Part shown: in pieces, positions 1-13,800 of the stretch
Position numbering within the stretch: position 1 is the first letter of the stretch
Layout of the letters: every line of letters begins with the position of its first letter
NCBI GenBank assembly: GCA_964016885.1
Contig: OZ024740.1
Span: 192,696,001-192,760,000, forward strand
From: Eledone cirrhosa
Taxonomy: Eukaryota
DNA length: 64,000 nt
Direction: 5' to 3'
Made by a program: the position numbers and the translations under genes
Notes under the pieces: generated by a model
What the model was told of the DNA's origin: nothing
Databases searched by the model: none
What the model saw: only the letters and a program-made list of their open reading frames with translations

Positions 1-779
1 GTACGTATGCGCGCATATATATGTGAGTGTGTGTGTGTGTGTATATATATGTATGTCTATGTATGTATATATTTGTATATGTATATATATATATTATTTA
101 TTATTATAATATAATTTATGTGTATATGTATATGTGTGAAAATGTGTATATATATATATATATATATAAATATATATGTGTATGTGTGTCTTTGTGTGTG
201 TGTATATATATGTATATATGTGTGTATGTATGTGTTTGTATGTGTGTTTATGGTTGTATGTGTGTGTGGGTATATATATATATGTATGTATATATATATA
301 TATATATATGTGTATATGTATCTCTATTTATGTGTGTATATATGTATATGTATATACCTTTTTCTTTGTATGTCTGAGGTGTGAGAGTGTAGTGGTGTTT
401 GTATGTATATACGCATATATGGATGCGTATGTATTTGTATATATGCGTATATGTAAGTGCGTATGTGTGTGTGAATATATATCTATGTCTATGTATGAGT
501 ATGTATGTGTGTGTATGTATGTGTGTGTGTATGTATGTATGTGTGTATGTGTGTATATATTTGTGTATATATATGTATGTATGTGTATGTATGTATGTAT
601 ATATGTATGTATATGTATATATATATGTATATATATATATATATATATTTATTATATATGTATGTGTGTGTATGTGTGTATTATATATCTTTATATATGT
701 GTATGTGTATGTATGTGTAGGTGTGTGTGTGTGACTATATATGTATGTGTGTATATGTGTATGTATGTATATGTATGTG

Positions 780-852
<73 letters not shown>

Positions 853-1319
853 GTGTAGATATATCTCTATTTATATGTGTATATGTGTATATGTATATAC
901 CTTTTTCTTTGTATGTCTGAGTTGTGTGAGAGTGTAGTGGTGTTTGTATGTATATACGCATATATGGATGCGTATGTATTTGTATATATGCGTATATGTA
1001 AGTGCGTATGTGTGTGTGAATATATATCTATGTCTATGTATGAGTTTGTATGTGTGTGTATGTATGTGTGTGTGTATGTATGTATGTGTGTATGTGTGTA
1101 TGTATATGTGTGTATATATATGTATGTATGTGTATGTATGTATGTATATATGTATGTATATGTATATATATGTATATATATATATATATATATTTATTAT
1201 ATATGTGTGTGTGTGTATGTGTGTATATATATCTTTATATATGTGTATGTGTATGTATGTGTAGGTGTGTGTGTGTGAATATATATGTATGTGTGTATAT
1301 GTGTATGTATGTGTATGTA

Positions 1320-1409
<90 letters not shown>

Positions 1410-1569
1410 TGTATGTATGTGTGTGTGTGTGTGTGTGTATGTGTGTATATATATGTATTTATGTATATATATATATTTATATATGGATATGTATGTGTAT
1501 GTGTGTATATATATGAGTGTATTTTTATATATATATATATGTATGTAGATGTGACTGTATATATATGTG

Positions 1570-1605
<36 letters not shown>

Positions 1606-1609
1606 TATA

Positions 1610-1655
<46 letters not shown>

Positions 1656-1682
1656 CGTGTATGTGTATATGTGTGTTATAAA

Positions 1683-1722
<40 letters not shown>

Positions 1723-2142
1723 TATGTGTTTATGTATGTATGTGTCTATGTATTTATATGTGTATATGTATGTGTCTCTATATGTATGCGGCTGTGTATG
1801 TGTATGTGTATTTATATGGTATGTGTATGTATATGTATGTATATGTATGTGTTTATATATATGTGTATGTATATGTATGAATATGTATGTGTGTGTATGC
1901 GTGTGTATTTATTTATATGTCTATATGTATGTATATCGATGTATACTTTATATTTTGCTTGTTTGTATATATATATATATGTGTGTGTATGTATATGTGC
2001 GTGTATATATATATATGTGTGTGTATATATGTGTGTGTATATATGTGTATATATGTGTGTATATATATATGTATGTGTGTATATATGTGTATATATATAT
2101 GTATATGTTTATATATGTGTGTGTGTGTGTGTTGTATGTATA

Positions 2143-2172
<30 letters not shown>
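1..2172. repeat. Compound (TA)n/(TG)n/(TATG)n microsatellite field containing a ~545-bp tandem duplication
   Basis: Low-complexity sequence throughout. The unique anchor 'tatatacctttttctttgtatgtctgag..gtgagagtgtagtggtgtttg' occurs at ~351 and ~894, and ORF starts are offset by 545 (399/944, 505/1050). Confidence 0.95.
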
Positions 2173-2173
<1 letters not shown>

Positions 2174-2779
2174 TTTCTTGATATATTTCTTTTTTCTTCT
2201 TTCTTTTTCTTTTCTTTTTATTTCTAAGTTTATAGATACATCTATAAATAAGCAGTCTGCCGAAACCGTTGAATACTGACCTCTCCCCCCCTCCCACCTA
2301 ATTTCTGTATCTTGATCTAAATGTGTGTGGCAGTGTTTATGTGCGTGCATTAATGTCCATATGCTTATGATAATACTATATGCACATATATATGTGTGTG
2401 GGGGTGTGTGTGTGTATGTATGTTCGAAGTTATGTGTATGTTTATGCATATACGCGCGTGTGTGTGTGAGTGTACGAATATGTGTGAGTATGTGAATGTG
2501 TGTATACATTTATTTCATATTTATGTGTCTATACGCATTTTATCTGTGGATTATAAACTTACAGAGACATTAGCCTTGAATTTTTGTATTTGCATACATC
2601 TTTTTGGCATGCGTATGCATGTGAGCATATATCTTTATATAAATATGTGTACGAAGTTAATTACATGTATATACACACACCAAACTGCATAAAATGTTTT
2701 GTATTTTCATTGGTCAATTTGAACTCTGTTCCCAAACGGACCTGAAATTTTGAATTGTTGTTATTATCAATAAATATAT

Positions 2780-2934
2780 TTCATTATTTCTGAAGACGGC
2801 ATATATGTGTGTTTGGTATGTATATTTAATCTTGATAGTTTGTATAATTTTGTATAATTTTGTACATAGATCTGTTGAATATGCATGCCAATTCTAACAC
2901 ATATATATCCTAGAAACGATCGTTAAATAATGAA
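2780..2934 (+). ncRNA. Type I hammerhead ribozyme motif with long stem II insertion
   Basis: Stem I TTCATTATTT (2780-89) pairs with AAATAATGAA (2925-34). Core CTGAAGA at 2790-96 and GAAAC at 2913-17. Palindromic stem III AACGATCGTT, cleavage triplet GTT. Stem II arms ggcatatatgtgt / acacatatatatcc are imperfect. Confidence 0.75.
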
Positions 2935-2988
2935 CTTTTTTTGTTTAATATAAGGAACTGTTTCATTGTTTTATTCATTATTTTTTAA

Positions 2989-3478
<490 letters not shown>

Positions 3479-3597
3479 ATAGTAAACGGAATAGAAAATG
3501 CTGACAAATTGTTCACAGTTGAAAAATGGTTTAATTAGGAATAAAAGAGTATTAGTGATTGTATGGGTTAGTATTCAGTTGTGGTTTTAAGTTTTTA

Positions 3598-3640
3598 AGT
3601 GTTTACCGGTTGCGCATTCCTAAATGCTTTTCAAAAATAA
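3598..3640 (-). ncRNA. Degenerate hammerhead motif in the PLE 3' tail
   Basis: Minus strand reads TTGAAAA GCATT-tagg-AATGC GCAAC CG GTA. Stem II is perfect, the core is the U3-A8 variant, GAAA is mutated to GCAA, and stem I is weak. Confidence 0.5.
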
Positions 3641-3701
3641 TTTTGAGATAGCGTGTCCGTGTTGTTTGCTCTGATCTGATTAGTTTTGGGAATTCTACCT
3701 G

Positions 3702-3947
3702 TTTATATGTTAAAAAGGTGGCTCCAGCTTTACTTTGGTGTTGCAAAAATTCTTGTGGTCAAAACAATGTTGATTGGTCGGTAGAGGTCATGTGAATGTA
3801 AAAAATTGATTTTGCGCCAAGACTGTTTTTATGTTAAAAAAGTGGCTCCAGCGCTACTTGGTGTTTGCAAAAATTATTGTGGTCAAAACAATTTTGATTG
3901 GTCGGTAGAGGTCATGTGAATAAAAAATTGGTTTTACGCCAAGATTG
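3702..3947. repeat. Two-copy ~122-bp tandem repeat in the PLE 3' UTR
   Basis: 'atgttaaaaa..gtggctccagc..tgcaaaaatt..tgtggtcaaaacaat..tgattggtcggtagaggtcatgtgaat' occurs twice. Confidence 0.9.
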
Positions 3948-3969
3948 AGAAATGACTCTTTCAGAACAA

Positions 3970-4051
<82 letters not shown>

Positions 4052-4499
4052 TAGTAGTAGTTGTAAGGTGTTCGATGTTGTGATAATGGTTAGCAGGGAT
4101 GTATGTCAAATGTTTATTAAGTTAAGTGTGTGTGTGTGTGTGTGTATAGCAGAGTAATTCGTGGTAGCAGGGATGGTCAGTAAGAATGTTTCGGCTTTTG
4201 TCTTATACGGAGAAGTGCGTGTGTGTGTGTGTGTGTATAAGTCTCTTTGTATGTTAATGTACGCGTGTGTATGTGTGTGTGTATCTTTGTGTGTATAGTT
4301 GTGTGTGTGTGTGTGTGTGGGTGGAGCAGTATTTTTTCCCCCTGGTAAAATGGTGTACATTATTCGATTTTTTCAGTAAAATCGGTTCTCTTAATCATCA
4401 ACAATCTTAACAATAAAAGGTGTGAAATGATATTCACTATATATATATATACACATACATATATTCACTACATATATATATATATATACACATATATAC

Positions 4500-4530
<31 letters not shown>

Positions 4531-4655
4531 CACATATATTTTTTGTGTTGCACCATAGAGCATGTGTGTTTACGTATGTCATTGTGTTTATATGTGGGTA
4601 GGGATGTGTGCTGATGTAGGTATGTATGTTGACGTGAGTATGTTGTTGGTTCGTC

Positions 4656-5198
4656 TTAGGGAGAAGTGTTTAGACGGGGTCCGTATTTGTTAATGAAGTA
4701 AGATTCCTTGGTGATGCGCTGGGTGTGGGTGGCATTATCTTTAAATTTGTAGATGGGAAAGATTCTGAAGTTGGGATGATTTTGGGCGGCACAGGTATCA
4801 ATGTGTTCACTCAGTGGTATTTTCCTGTATTCCCGTATTTTAATTTGGGATCTATGGACAGTCATGCGTTGGCGGAGGCTGTTTTTGCTCTGGCCTATGT
4901 ATTGTTCTCGACAACCTGAGCAAGTTAATACATATATTAGATTTTCCGATGCACATGTGAAATTGTGTTTTACTATAAAACGCTGTCCATCTTTGAAATA
5001 GAATTCCGAACCCTCTATTAGGTTGATGCAAATGCCACAGTTGGGTCTATCGCATTTTTTTACTGTGGGTTTCGTTGTTGTGGTTGGCAGTACTTTGGCA
5101 TGTGTTAGGATGTTTTTCATTGACTTGGATTGTCTTTTGCTCTTTATGGTATCGTGTGTTCGTAGACTTTGGTTCATTCTATGGTCCTTTTTAAACAC
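4656..5198 (-). pseudogene. PLE GIY-YIG endonuclease domain
   Basis: NFTCASENLIYVLTCSGCREQYIGQSKNSLRQRMTVH...KESYFINKY, preceded by a Cys-rich linker. Confidence 0.9.
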
Positions 5199-6905
5199 AG
5201 GGATGTTCTGGAGGATGGTGTCAAAGGCCTCATTGTTGAGGGGGTTGTGTGTGGAGATGTATGGAAGAGTTTTAGCTTCGGTTGATTTACTTTAGGGTGT
5301 CTAAGGTCCTGGGTACTGAGTTTTAGGGCACGTTGGATTCCATTGTCAATTAGTGATGCAGGGTAGTCCCTGCATATGAGTGTGTCCTTTAGTTCTTGTA
5401 GACGTAAGTAGCAGATGTTTTTATTGGAGACTATTGTACAGATTCTCTTGGCTAAGTTGTAGGGAATATTAATTTTAACGTGTCTAGGGTGGCAAGAGTT
5501 GAAGGGGAGATATTGCTTGGAGCCTGTGGGCTTGTAGTATATGTCTGTTTCTATTTTTTTGTTATGGATCTTAATGAGGATGTCGAGGAAGGGGAGTTGT
5601 TGATGGCTGTATTCCATCGTGAAGTTAATATTCGTGTTGAGCCCATTTATAAGGGTGTGAAATTCTTTAAGTTTTTCGATGTTTTCGTGCCAAAGGATGA
5701 AGCAGTCATCTAGATATCGCTTCCAGTTCCTTTCAATGTGTAAGTGGAGGGTGTTTCCAAATTTGTTTAGGACTTTAGTGTAGAGGGTGATTTCCAGGTA
5801 TCCCATGACTAGGTTGGCATAAGTGGGGGCTGTTTTCGTTCCCATAGCGGTCCCAGATTTCTGCCTGTAGGATTTTTTATTGAAAACGAAGTAATTGTTC
5901 TCCAAGATAAATTTGAGTCCCTCTATCACGAATTCTTTTTTGATGCGTTGTGGGAGTTCATTGTGGAAATTATCCAACCAGAATTGGATAGCTTCTATTC
6001 CTAGGTTGTGGGGATGTTGGAGTATAGGTTGACTACATCGAACGTCACTAGTAGGGTTTGTTCAGAAAGTGGCATATTAGGGAGGTGATTGAGCATATCT
6101 AGGTCGTCCCTTATATAGCTTTTGATGTGCTTGAAGAAGGGTTTGAGAAGGGTATCAATGAAGTTGCTAAGATGGTGCGTTTCGCAAGCGGGGCCTGCTA
6201 TTATAGGTCTTAATTTGAGATCATTGGGTGAGGGGACATTGATGACTATGTCTGTGGCTTCCTTGCATGCCTTACTTATTGATTCGCTTTTATGTACTTT
6301 AGGGATACCGTAGAAAAGGCTGGATTTACTTGTGAAGTCTGTGATGAAGCTGAATTCCTTGTTAGTGAGTCCTTCTTTTTATTGGTTGATTAGAGTTTTC
6401 AGGTTTCTCCTAATTTTCTGTTGATTGTAGTGTTCAGCCTTTTCGTAGTATGTTTCGTTTTCCAAAGTGGAGAGCGCTAAGTTGATATAGAATTCTGTCT
6501 CCATTAGGACTACTGTACTCCCTTTATCAGCCTCTTTAATTGTAATGGTTCTGTCGGTTTTTAATCTATTTAATTCTTCCCATTCTTTCTTGTTGAGGTT
6601 TGTCTTGTGTTTTTGTCTGTGCAAGTGTTGGTAAGGGAAGTTTGTGATGTGTTCACAGAAATCGTCCAGGATATTATTTCTACCTTTTGAAGGGGTGTAA
6701 TTGCTTCTATTTTTGACTAATGATTCATCCTCATTGTACTGGTCGAATAGTTGTTCACTAAGTCGTAACTTTCTACAGAAGTCTGTGATGTCTTCCTTCA
6801 TTTCATAGTAGTTAGGACGTAGTGGGTCGGTGTGAATTTAAGACCTTTTCAGAGTAAGTTGATAAAGTTGGGTGTTGGTTCTGCACTAGTAAGATTGATA
6901 ATTTT
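5174..6905 (-). pseudogene. PLE reverse transcriptase (broken by frameshifts and stops)
   Basis: ORFs 5174-5977 and 6379-6801 plus intervening motifs, including the YLDD catalytic motif. Confidence 0.9.
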
Positions 6906-7765
6906 TATTACTATCGGTTTCTCCTCCCTGTCTTGTGTTATTTTGGTTGCCTGTATCTGTGTGCTGTGTCTAAAAAATGGTTGGGGTAGAGGGGTTGTCT
7001 GCTGATGTTAAGTGGTCTCCTGTGTTTGTTATATTCCTTGTTGTTGTAAAATGTGGTTCGGGTTGGTGGTTGTAGATTGGATGGGGTGTTCCTGTACTGC
7101 CAGTATGGGTGTGTGTTTCTATGTGCCATGTTGTATTGTGGTGTTATAAGTGGCCTACGTTGTTGGTTGTATCGTGTGGTGTGGGTTTGTTGTGTATTGT
7201 GGAAGCGAGAGTTGAGAAAATGGTAATTACCTTGCTGTCCCCTTGAAGCTGGGAAGTGGTTACATCTATCATGGCGGTGGTATGTTTTCCCTATGTTTGA
7301 CGATGAGGCATCCGCGTAGTAGTTGAGTGATTTGGTATGGTGTCTCCTTGAAGGGGGAAAGTTGTAAATGACATTCTGGGGGAGATGATTTCTTGGGTTT
7401 TTGTTCCTTCTTATGGTAGCGAGGTTGGGAAGTTCATTTTCGGTTTGGTGCTTCCTTCTTCGTTTGTTAGAAGCTTCGGGGTTTGAGAAGTTGTTGTGTG
7501 GTTCAGTTATGGGTTTTCCTATTTTTATGAACGGGTTATTGGAGGTGTAATCTGTTTGAAAAGTCGATTCATAGTGTAATATATATATATACATATATAT
7601 ATATACACATACACATATACGCTAAATATAAATTATATCTTTAAAGAATTAGCTTTTAACGAATTTCTTTTTCTTTCAACCAATGACCTTCACCCATCCC
7701 ACTCTCCACCCTCTCCTACCACCAGAAAAGATATAAGTACGACCATATTTATTTACTTGGACAGT

Positions 7766-7820
7766 CAAATTCCTGATGATTTCTCAAGAATGAAACAGTT
7801 CTAGTCTTGTAGAATCTCAT
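7766..7820 (+). ncRNA. Hammerhead-like motif (degenerate stem I) directly before (TA)n
   Basis: CTGATGA (7773-79), t-TTCT-ca-AGAA-t, GAAAC agttcta GTC. Confidence 0.45.
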
Positions 7821-7821
7821 C

Positions 7822-7886
<65 letters not shown>

Positions 7887-9091
7887 CTCTGATAATACAT
7901 TTACATTGTGTGGAGGATTAATTTGTTTTTCCTTTTACATTATATTTACAAAACTTGAGTAAATTATCCGATTTCTTTCACGAAAAGCTATACGACACCT
8001 CTACATTATTAGAATAATGAAATCGAATGTCTCTTTCAGTTTTCTTAGTCATAATTCTCGTCACATATGATTACAGTTTAAATATATTTGAAAGTTTTAA
8101 AGGAATGATAGTGAATTCTTATATTGTGAAAATATATAAATATTCATAGATATACGTGCATACACATCCCTTCATAGAATTATGTAAAGGTTTCATGGTG
8201 CACACATTCCCTCACATTAATATGCGTATCTTACTTGTGTCTTCATCTCCCCGTTTCTATAGGTTATATACATTGTAACGTGTGAAAAGAATATACCTCA
8301 TAGCAAGATTCCTGTTCTGCATGTAGTATAAAATCTTCCTGTCAATACATACAATTGTGTCTGTCATATTTAACAAACATGTTAGTTAAGGCTGAAAGAA
8401 ACATGCTTAATTTTTAAATATATATATATTTTTAAAATAAATTCACGTCTGAATAAAATATTGAATATATTTTGTTTCACAATATGTCCACCCGACAATG
8501 TATTTAAAACAACATATTTTCGTAGCGTGTTTATTAAGCATACAAACGAGACACTCTTACAAATCTCTACATGTAGAATAATTCGTTACAAACAAAAGAA
8601 AGACTTCCAATCACTAACCAACACGTAATCTTGTATTGTTATATACACATGCATAGATTGCAACAGAAAACAATAGTTCATCTGAGTATACTTTACTAAC
8701 ATTCTTATCCGTCCGTTTATAAATTAATATGGTTTGTAAAGATGAAATGAGAATGCAGCTATTGGCGGTTTCGTGGTAGATGGATCAATAGACGGCTACA
8801 AGAGCGAGCAGAATCATTGTATTGGTACGCAGATACTATCGAAACCATCATGGACGATATTGTTGATATACAGGAATATGTTGAATCTTCAAGCAAACTA
8901 CAATGCCCCCTTACACAAGCGAGTATTGTAGTTCGTTTGAAAACAGTATGATTTCTTCACCCTTCTTTTCGCAAAGGGATTTATCCCGAAATATTAAGCA
9001 CTTAAACCTTCAAGGTAATATTGCAATATCTTTGATATGGTAGTTTTAAATATCAATATCTTTTTTGCATTGCTGGAGCCCTTAAAACACT

Positions 9092-9361
<270 letters not shown>

Positions 9362-9711
9362 CCTTGAATCTCAGTCATTGATGTTGGTTAACTGGAAAGT
9401 CCGTTGGATTGAATATCAAGCCACTACCTGCAGCCTCAGATATTCAGGACGTATCGGAGGGTTCTTGCCGTTCCAAGCAAGCATGCCTTTTGAAGCGTTC
9501 CAAAAAGCGTGAAGGGGCCGATTTTCTTTAACCATCCCTGGAAACCTTTGGAGATAGTCCCCAGTGCGCCTATGACAATCGGGATCACTTTGACTTCATG
9601 GCAGTTCCAAATCCTTTTCACCTCCCACTTTAGGTCCTGGTATCGGTTAATTTTCTCCCTCTCCTTCTCTTGCACTCTCGTGTCGAACGGGCAGGCCACA
9701 TCCACAATCAG
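9362..9711 (-). mobile_element. 5'-truncated R4/Dong-like non-LTR retrotransposon (restriction-like endonuclease C-terminus + 3' UTR)
   Basis: IVDVACPFD...EKEREKINRYQDL...VIPIVIGALG...LQKACLLGTARTLR. Flanked on both sides by (ATT)n. Confidence 0.85.
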
Positions 9712-9724
9712 ATTATTATTATTA

Positions 9725-9765
<41 letters not shown>

Positions 9766-10029
9766 ATTATTCATAACGCAACATAGTTGCTTGTAATCTT
9801 AAGTTTCAAAACTTTTCCTTACTTTGATCATGAAGTTATCTCATGGATCAAACAACACTCCGTGATGACCTCCCGGAGAGTTGTTACGCTTCACGCAAGA
9901 AATTATATGGCAGACGTTATTGGATATGAGATCGCGTAAGGGCAAAGGTGGTAAAGTAAGTTAGGTAATAATTGAGCTATTCAAGGTGAGTAACCCTTAA
10001 CTATACAAACATATGTACCTATCTCACCT

Positions 10030-10800
10030 TCGCCCCTAAGGTTGACTGCAAAACGTCCTAACCTCACGCCCTTGGCTTTCCACCAACCAACTCACATTCT
10101 CTTTTCTTAGCACCCGACCACCTTGCCCCTCATGAGGGCGGTCCTCAAACATTTCCCGGCATTCGATCATCCCCCTCCCTACCATTTCCCGAACCTTTGC
10201 CCTACCATCGCTCCCTTCTCTCAAGCGCACTCCCAAACTCCGAAATCTAGTTCACAGCTCCCTACCTCCCACCAATTCATCTCCCTATCCCTCCACAGCA
10301 CCCGACTCCACTGCCACACTTGCATCATCACCACCACCACATTGCGTTGGTCCAACGACCAATCCTTCTCAGTGCCGGAATCCTTTCGCTACACCTCCTC
10401 CAGCCTTATATTCGTGCTCTGTTACACGCTATGCCGAGCTGTCTATATCAGACAGACTAAGTTTCGACTGGCGAACCGGTTCACTGAGCACCTCCGGCTC
10501 AGCAACTGGTCACCCGAAATTGCCACTACAACAGACACTCCACCAAGAGCCTTAATGTCTGTGGCCTTATCGCGTGTTCTGGACTCCCTGACACACTCCT
10601 GCACTATTATTTTCTCCAGAAATTGTCTTAGTTCCCCGCACTCTTTCTTTAGTCTTACTCATCGTATCCCTACACACCAACACACACTCAACCACTTCAC
10701 CACCCTACCCGCACACACCAAAATAATGAAATGTCTGGTATTTATGGCTTCATTTGTCACTATCAGTTCAACCTTGTGTGTTTTCCTTGTTTATTGAATT
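10030..10800 (+). mobile_element. Decayed PLE 3' fragment (GIY-YIG)
   Basis: FRYTSSSLIFVLCYTLCRAVYIRQTKFRLANRFTEHLR matches the PLE GIY-YIG pattern FxCxSxNxIYxxxCxxCxxxYIGxTxRxLxxRFxEH. Confidence 0.7.
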
Positions 10801-13659
10801 CTATCAGTGTAAACATTTCTAAAATATCTTATGAGGCAGTTAAATTATACATACGTATATAGTTTATTTTAGATAATGTCTATGGTAAAGCATTACTAAT
10901 ATAAAACATAGTTTGAGAGTAAATAGATGCTGGAAATACTCGGACAACATGAACTTATAGATGTTATAAACAAATATCATAAAACTATCGCGACGCATAT
11001 ATAAAATTTTCATACAAAATTTCAGTTGAGTATTTTATAATCATTGCTGTACTGATATACGTTTCAGATATTTCATAAAATATAACAAACCAATGGGAAG
11101 AAAGATGGCAGTGAAGCATATATAACTGAATTCATTGAAAAACTCATGTACACGAAAACTTCATATAGCATCAACTAATTAATATAATACGACAATCTAA
11201 TACATTTTTTCATGTGGCACAAGTGCTTTATATATGTGAATGTGACCTGCGGCATTGAACAAGTAGTTATTTAATAAAGACATCAACCTCTTCGCAATTT
11301 ATAAAAAATATATATATATAGAAAATCTGAAAATATAGAAACTAACTATATATATTTTTTTTTTGTCTTTCACGGTGAATTCTATATTCCGCTTCGTTCC
11401 AAGTCATTTTTTTAATGGTCGCCTAAATAAATATAACAATTGGTTTAATTGTTGGAATATACAGCCTTTGAATATGTATTTTCGTTCATCTATAATTCAT
11501 CACACTAACAATATAGTTTACATTTTAAACAGCCTCTTAGTTTAATCTTAAGAGCTTGATTCCTGAAATTTTAATCAAAAGCATCTGCTTTATTTTCGCA
11601 GAATAATTCCAACTGGGATAACAGTAGTTGCAATGAATAAATTGCTCAATTAACTGTTTAAGGTTTTAGCTGCTGTATTTCCTTATATGAATACTAAATA
11701 TTAAATATTCTATAGTGATGTATTTAATCGTATCAACAGAAAATTCCCTATCTGATTCCTTTTTAAACATTGGCTCGATTTGCATTTTATCGCTCAATAA
11801 TGTCAGGCAAATCTCATTTATGTAAATACTTAAGCGAGGAAATTAGAGTTTCTCAGTTCGAAAATGTTTGATAGAATATAAATAAAATCATACAAGGTTA
11901 TTTCGAACAAATAATTTAAACCAAACGAAAGCTAATAATATATTTCAGGACATAATATATAGAAAGAAATGAAAATCAAATTTCCGTACAACATACGCTG
12001 ACTAGATAATTAAGTATGATGTTAATTTTTAAATCAATCGTGAATTTAATTCCAAGATTTATAAAGACATGTAAATTTACTTGCAATTGTTTATCTACAT
12101 CGTGCTGTCTTTTTGTTCTTCTAAGCTCTGTAAACGATGTTTATTCCTGAAAATCTCATACAAGACAGATTCATCTGATTTGTATTAATATCTCGTTGGG
12201 CAACTATTTATATATATATATTTTTTTTTTTTCTTTTTCTAGTTCAATTTACTCACGGCACACCAATTCATCTAGAAGACTTTACAAAGTAGCTCTTCCT
12301 GCTAGAAATTGCAGCCAGACACCTCCCATTCGTATACCTGACGTCATTAAAATGCTGATGGCCACACCGGATTTCACCGCAGCTTCGCTTTTTAGGGTTA
12401 ATCTGGAGTTAAGTGCCATTATCAAGTTTCAATGAAATTATTGAATTTTCTACTTGCCAAGATTACAGCACCAGAAATAAATAGTTTTGGTCACATGTTG
12501 CTTCATAATGATAGTAGCTATTTTCTATCAATGGCAGATGAAATTTCAGGAAAATTGAAGTGAGAATATTCCTTGAGGCCCTGTACTAAAAGCCATTGCG
12601 AAGGAACAATTATTAGACATTTTTATAATATGTAATTGAAAGATAGCATACAAAATAATTTTATGTAAAATCTATTACATTATACATGACAAATTTCCTA
12701 TTTAAACGACAATAAAATCATATGTGATATAATTTAACATTGAATAGTCTTAAAATCCAATATTCCTTCTAGTTTCAGGTTAATTGAATTAAACTAAGCT
12801 GACGCAATTTCAGGAATTATCGAACCCAATATCAATTTGAACGAAACCAATAAGAAGTCCCAAGTGATATAACTCAATGATTATTTTATGTAATAACAAG
12901 TATGAAGCTAAAAACTTTGATGTTAAAACCTATAGGACCATGATTATTATTGAATTCAAGTTACGTAGATTTGAATGAAATTGTGCTCGCGTATGATGGA
13001 TATGTGTAGCCATCACAAGTTTTGGTAGTTTTAATGCAATAATTACAATACAAAATGTTAGCAGCAATTTTTGTATACCAGTTTTAGAGATTGACAAATT
13101 AAAAGTCTCATAACTGCAGCCAACCATGTAGGCTTTAGTTCTTTAGTTGGATTCTACCTAATTATTCTATTTACCCTCAAGTTAACTAAATCCATGCCAT
13201 ATTTAAACATCTTACTTCATTGAACATAATACTGCCGTGTTATTGCAAACTTTCCCCCAGTCCTGTAAAATATAATATACGAGTAGCATAAGGATTGGAA
13301 TCGACCAGCCTGAATGTTATTCCATTATTGAGAAAGTATCTAAAAGGTTCCCAATTGTATGTTACATGCTGCTGCTCTACCACAATTTGATGCGTTTAAG
13401 TGGATAGCAGCCAACCATCCTATAGAAAAGGGCTAAATATGTAGATGATATAATACGTGTTCCTGATACCTAAAAGGATATATGATAGGATGCTGCACCC
13501 ATGATCAAAGACTAATGCAACTAACTCCACTGATTTACAGTCCCGTCTCCCTCGTGGACTATGAAATATGGAATTGGGTGTATTGACGATAATCAATATT
13601 TGTAACATGAATACAATATCCCGACGTTGGAGTAAGAGGGTGTAGTTCATTACATCTAC

Positions 13660-13800
13660 CTCGAGACAGGATTGGTACTTCAATTATTCGACGCAGGGAG
13701 GGTGGAAAGTAAACCTGACCGCAGCGGAATTTGAACTTAAATTATAAAGATCTGAACGAAATAGAACGAATAATATTTTACGACGTTCTAACGATTTTGT
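13660..13800 (-). mobile_element. Diverged copy of the abundant SINE
   Basis: 'ggtactt..ttattcgac..gaaagtaaacctgaccgcagcggaatttgaact' is the reverse complement of the SINE core. Similar diverged copies lie at ~18340-18460(+), ~19330-19510(+) and ~46660-46760(-). Confidence 0.65.

Larger units (their letters stand above)
3480..7575 (-). mobile_element. Penelope-like retroelement (Neptune-like), frameshifted, with long 3' UTR
   Basis: Minus-strand motifs KGLKFTP, IKEADKG, FYGIPKVHK, RPIIAG, FDVVNLYSNIP, GTAMGTKTAPTYANL, RYLDD, LPFLDI and YYKPT, followed by a CDRPNCGIC linker and GIY-YIG. The tail ends at (TA)n ~3478. The 3' UTR boundary is inferred. Confidence 0.9.

Noticed and set aside
6938-7594. 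218-aa ORF as an independent gene
   Set aside because: It lies directly upstream of and on the same strand as the PLE RT, and starts in a TA repeat. Best read as the element's low-complexity N-terminus.
12250-12620. GC-richer patch ending at a minus-strand GTGAGT donor (possible exon)
   Set aside because: All minus frames contain stops, there is no recognisable protein, and no partner exon was found.
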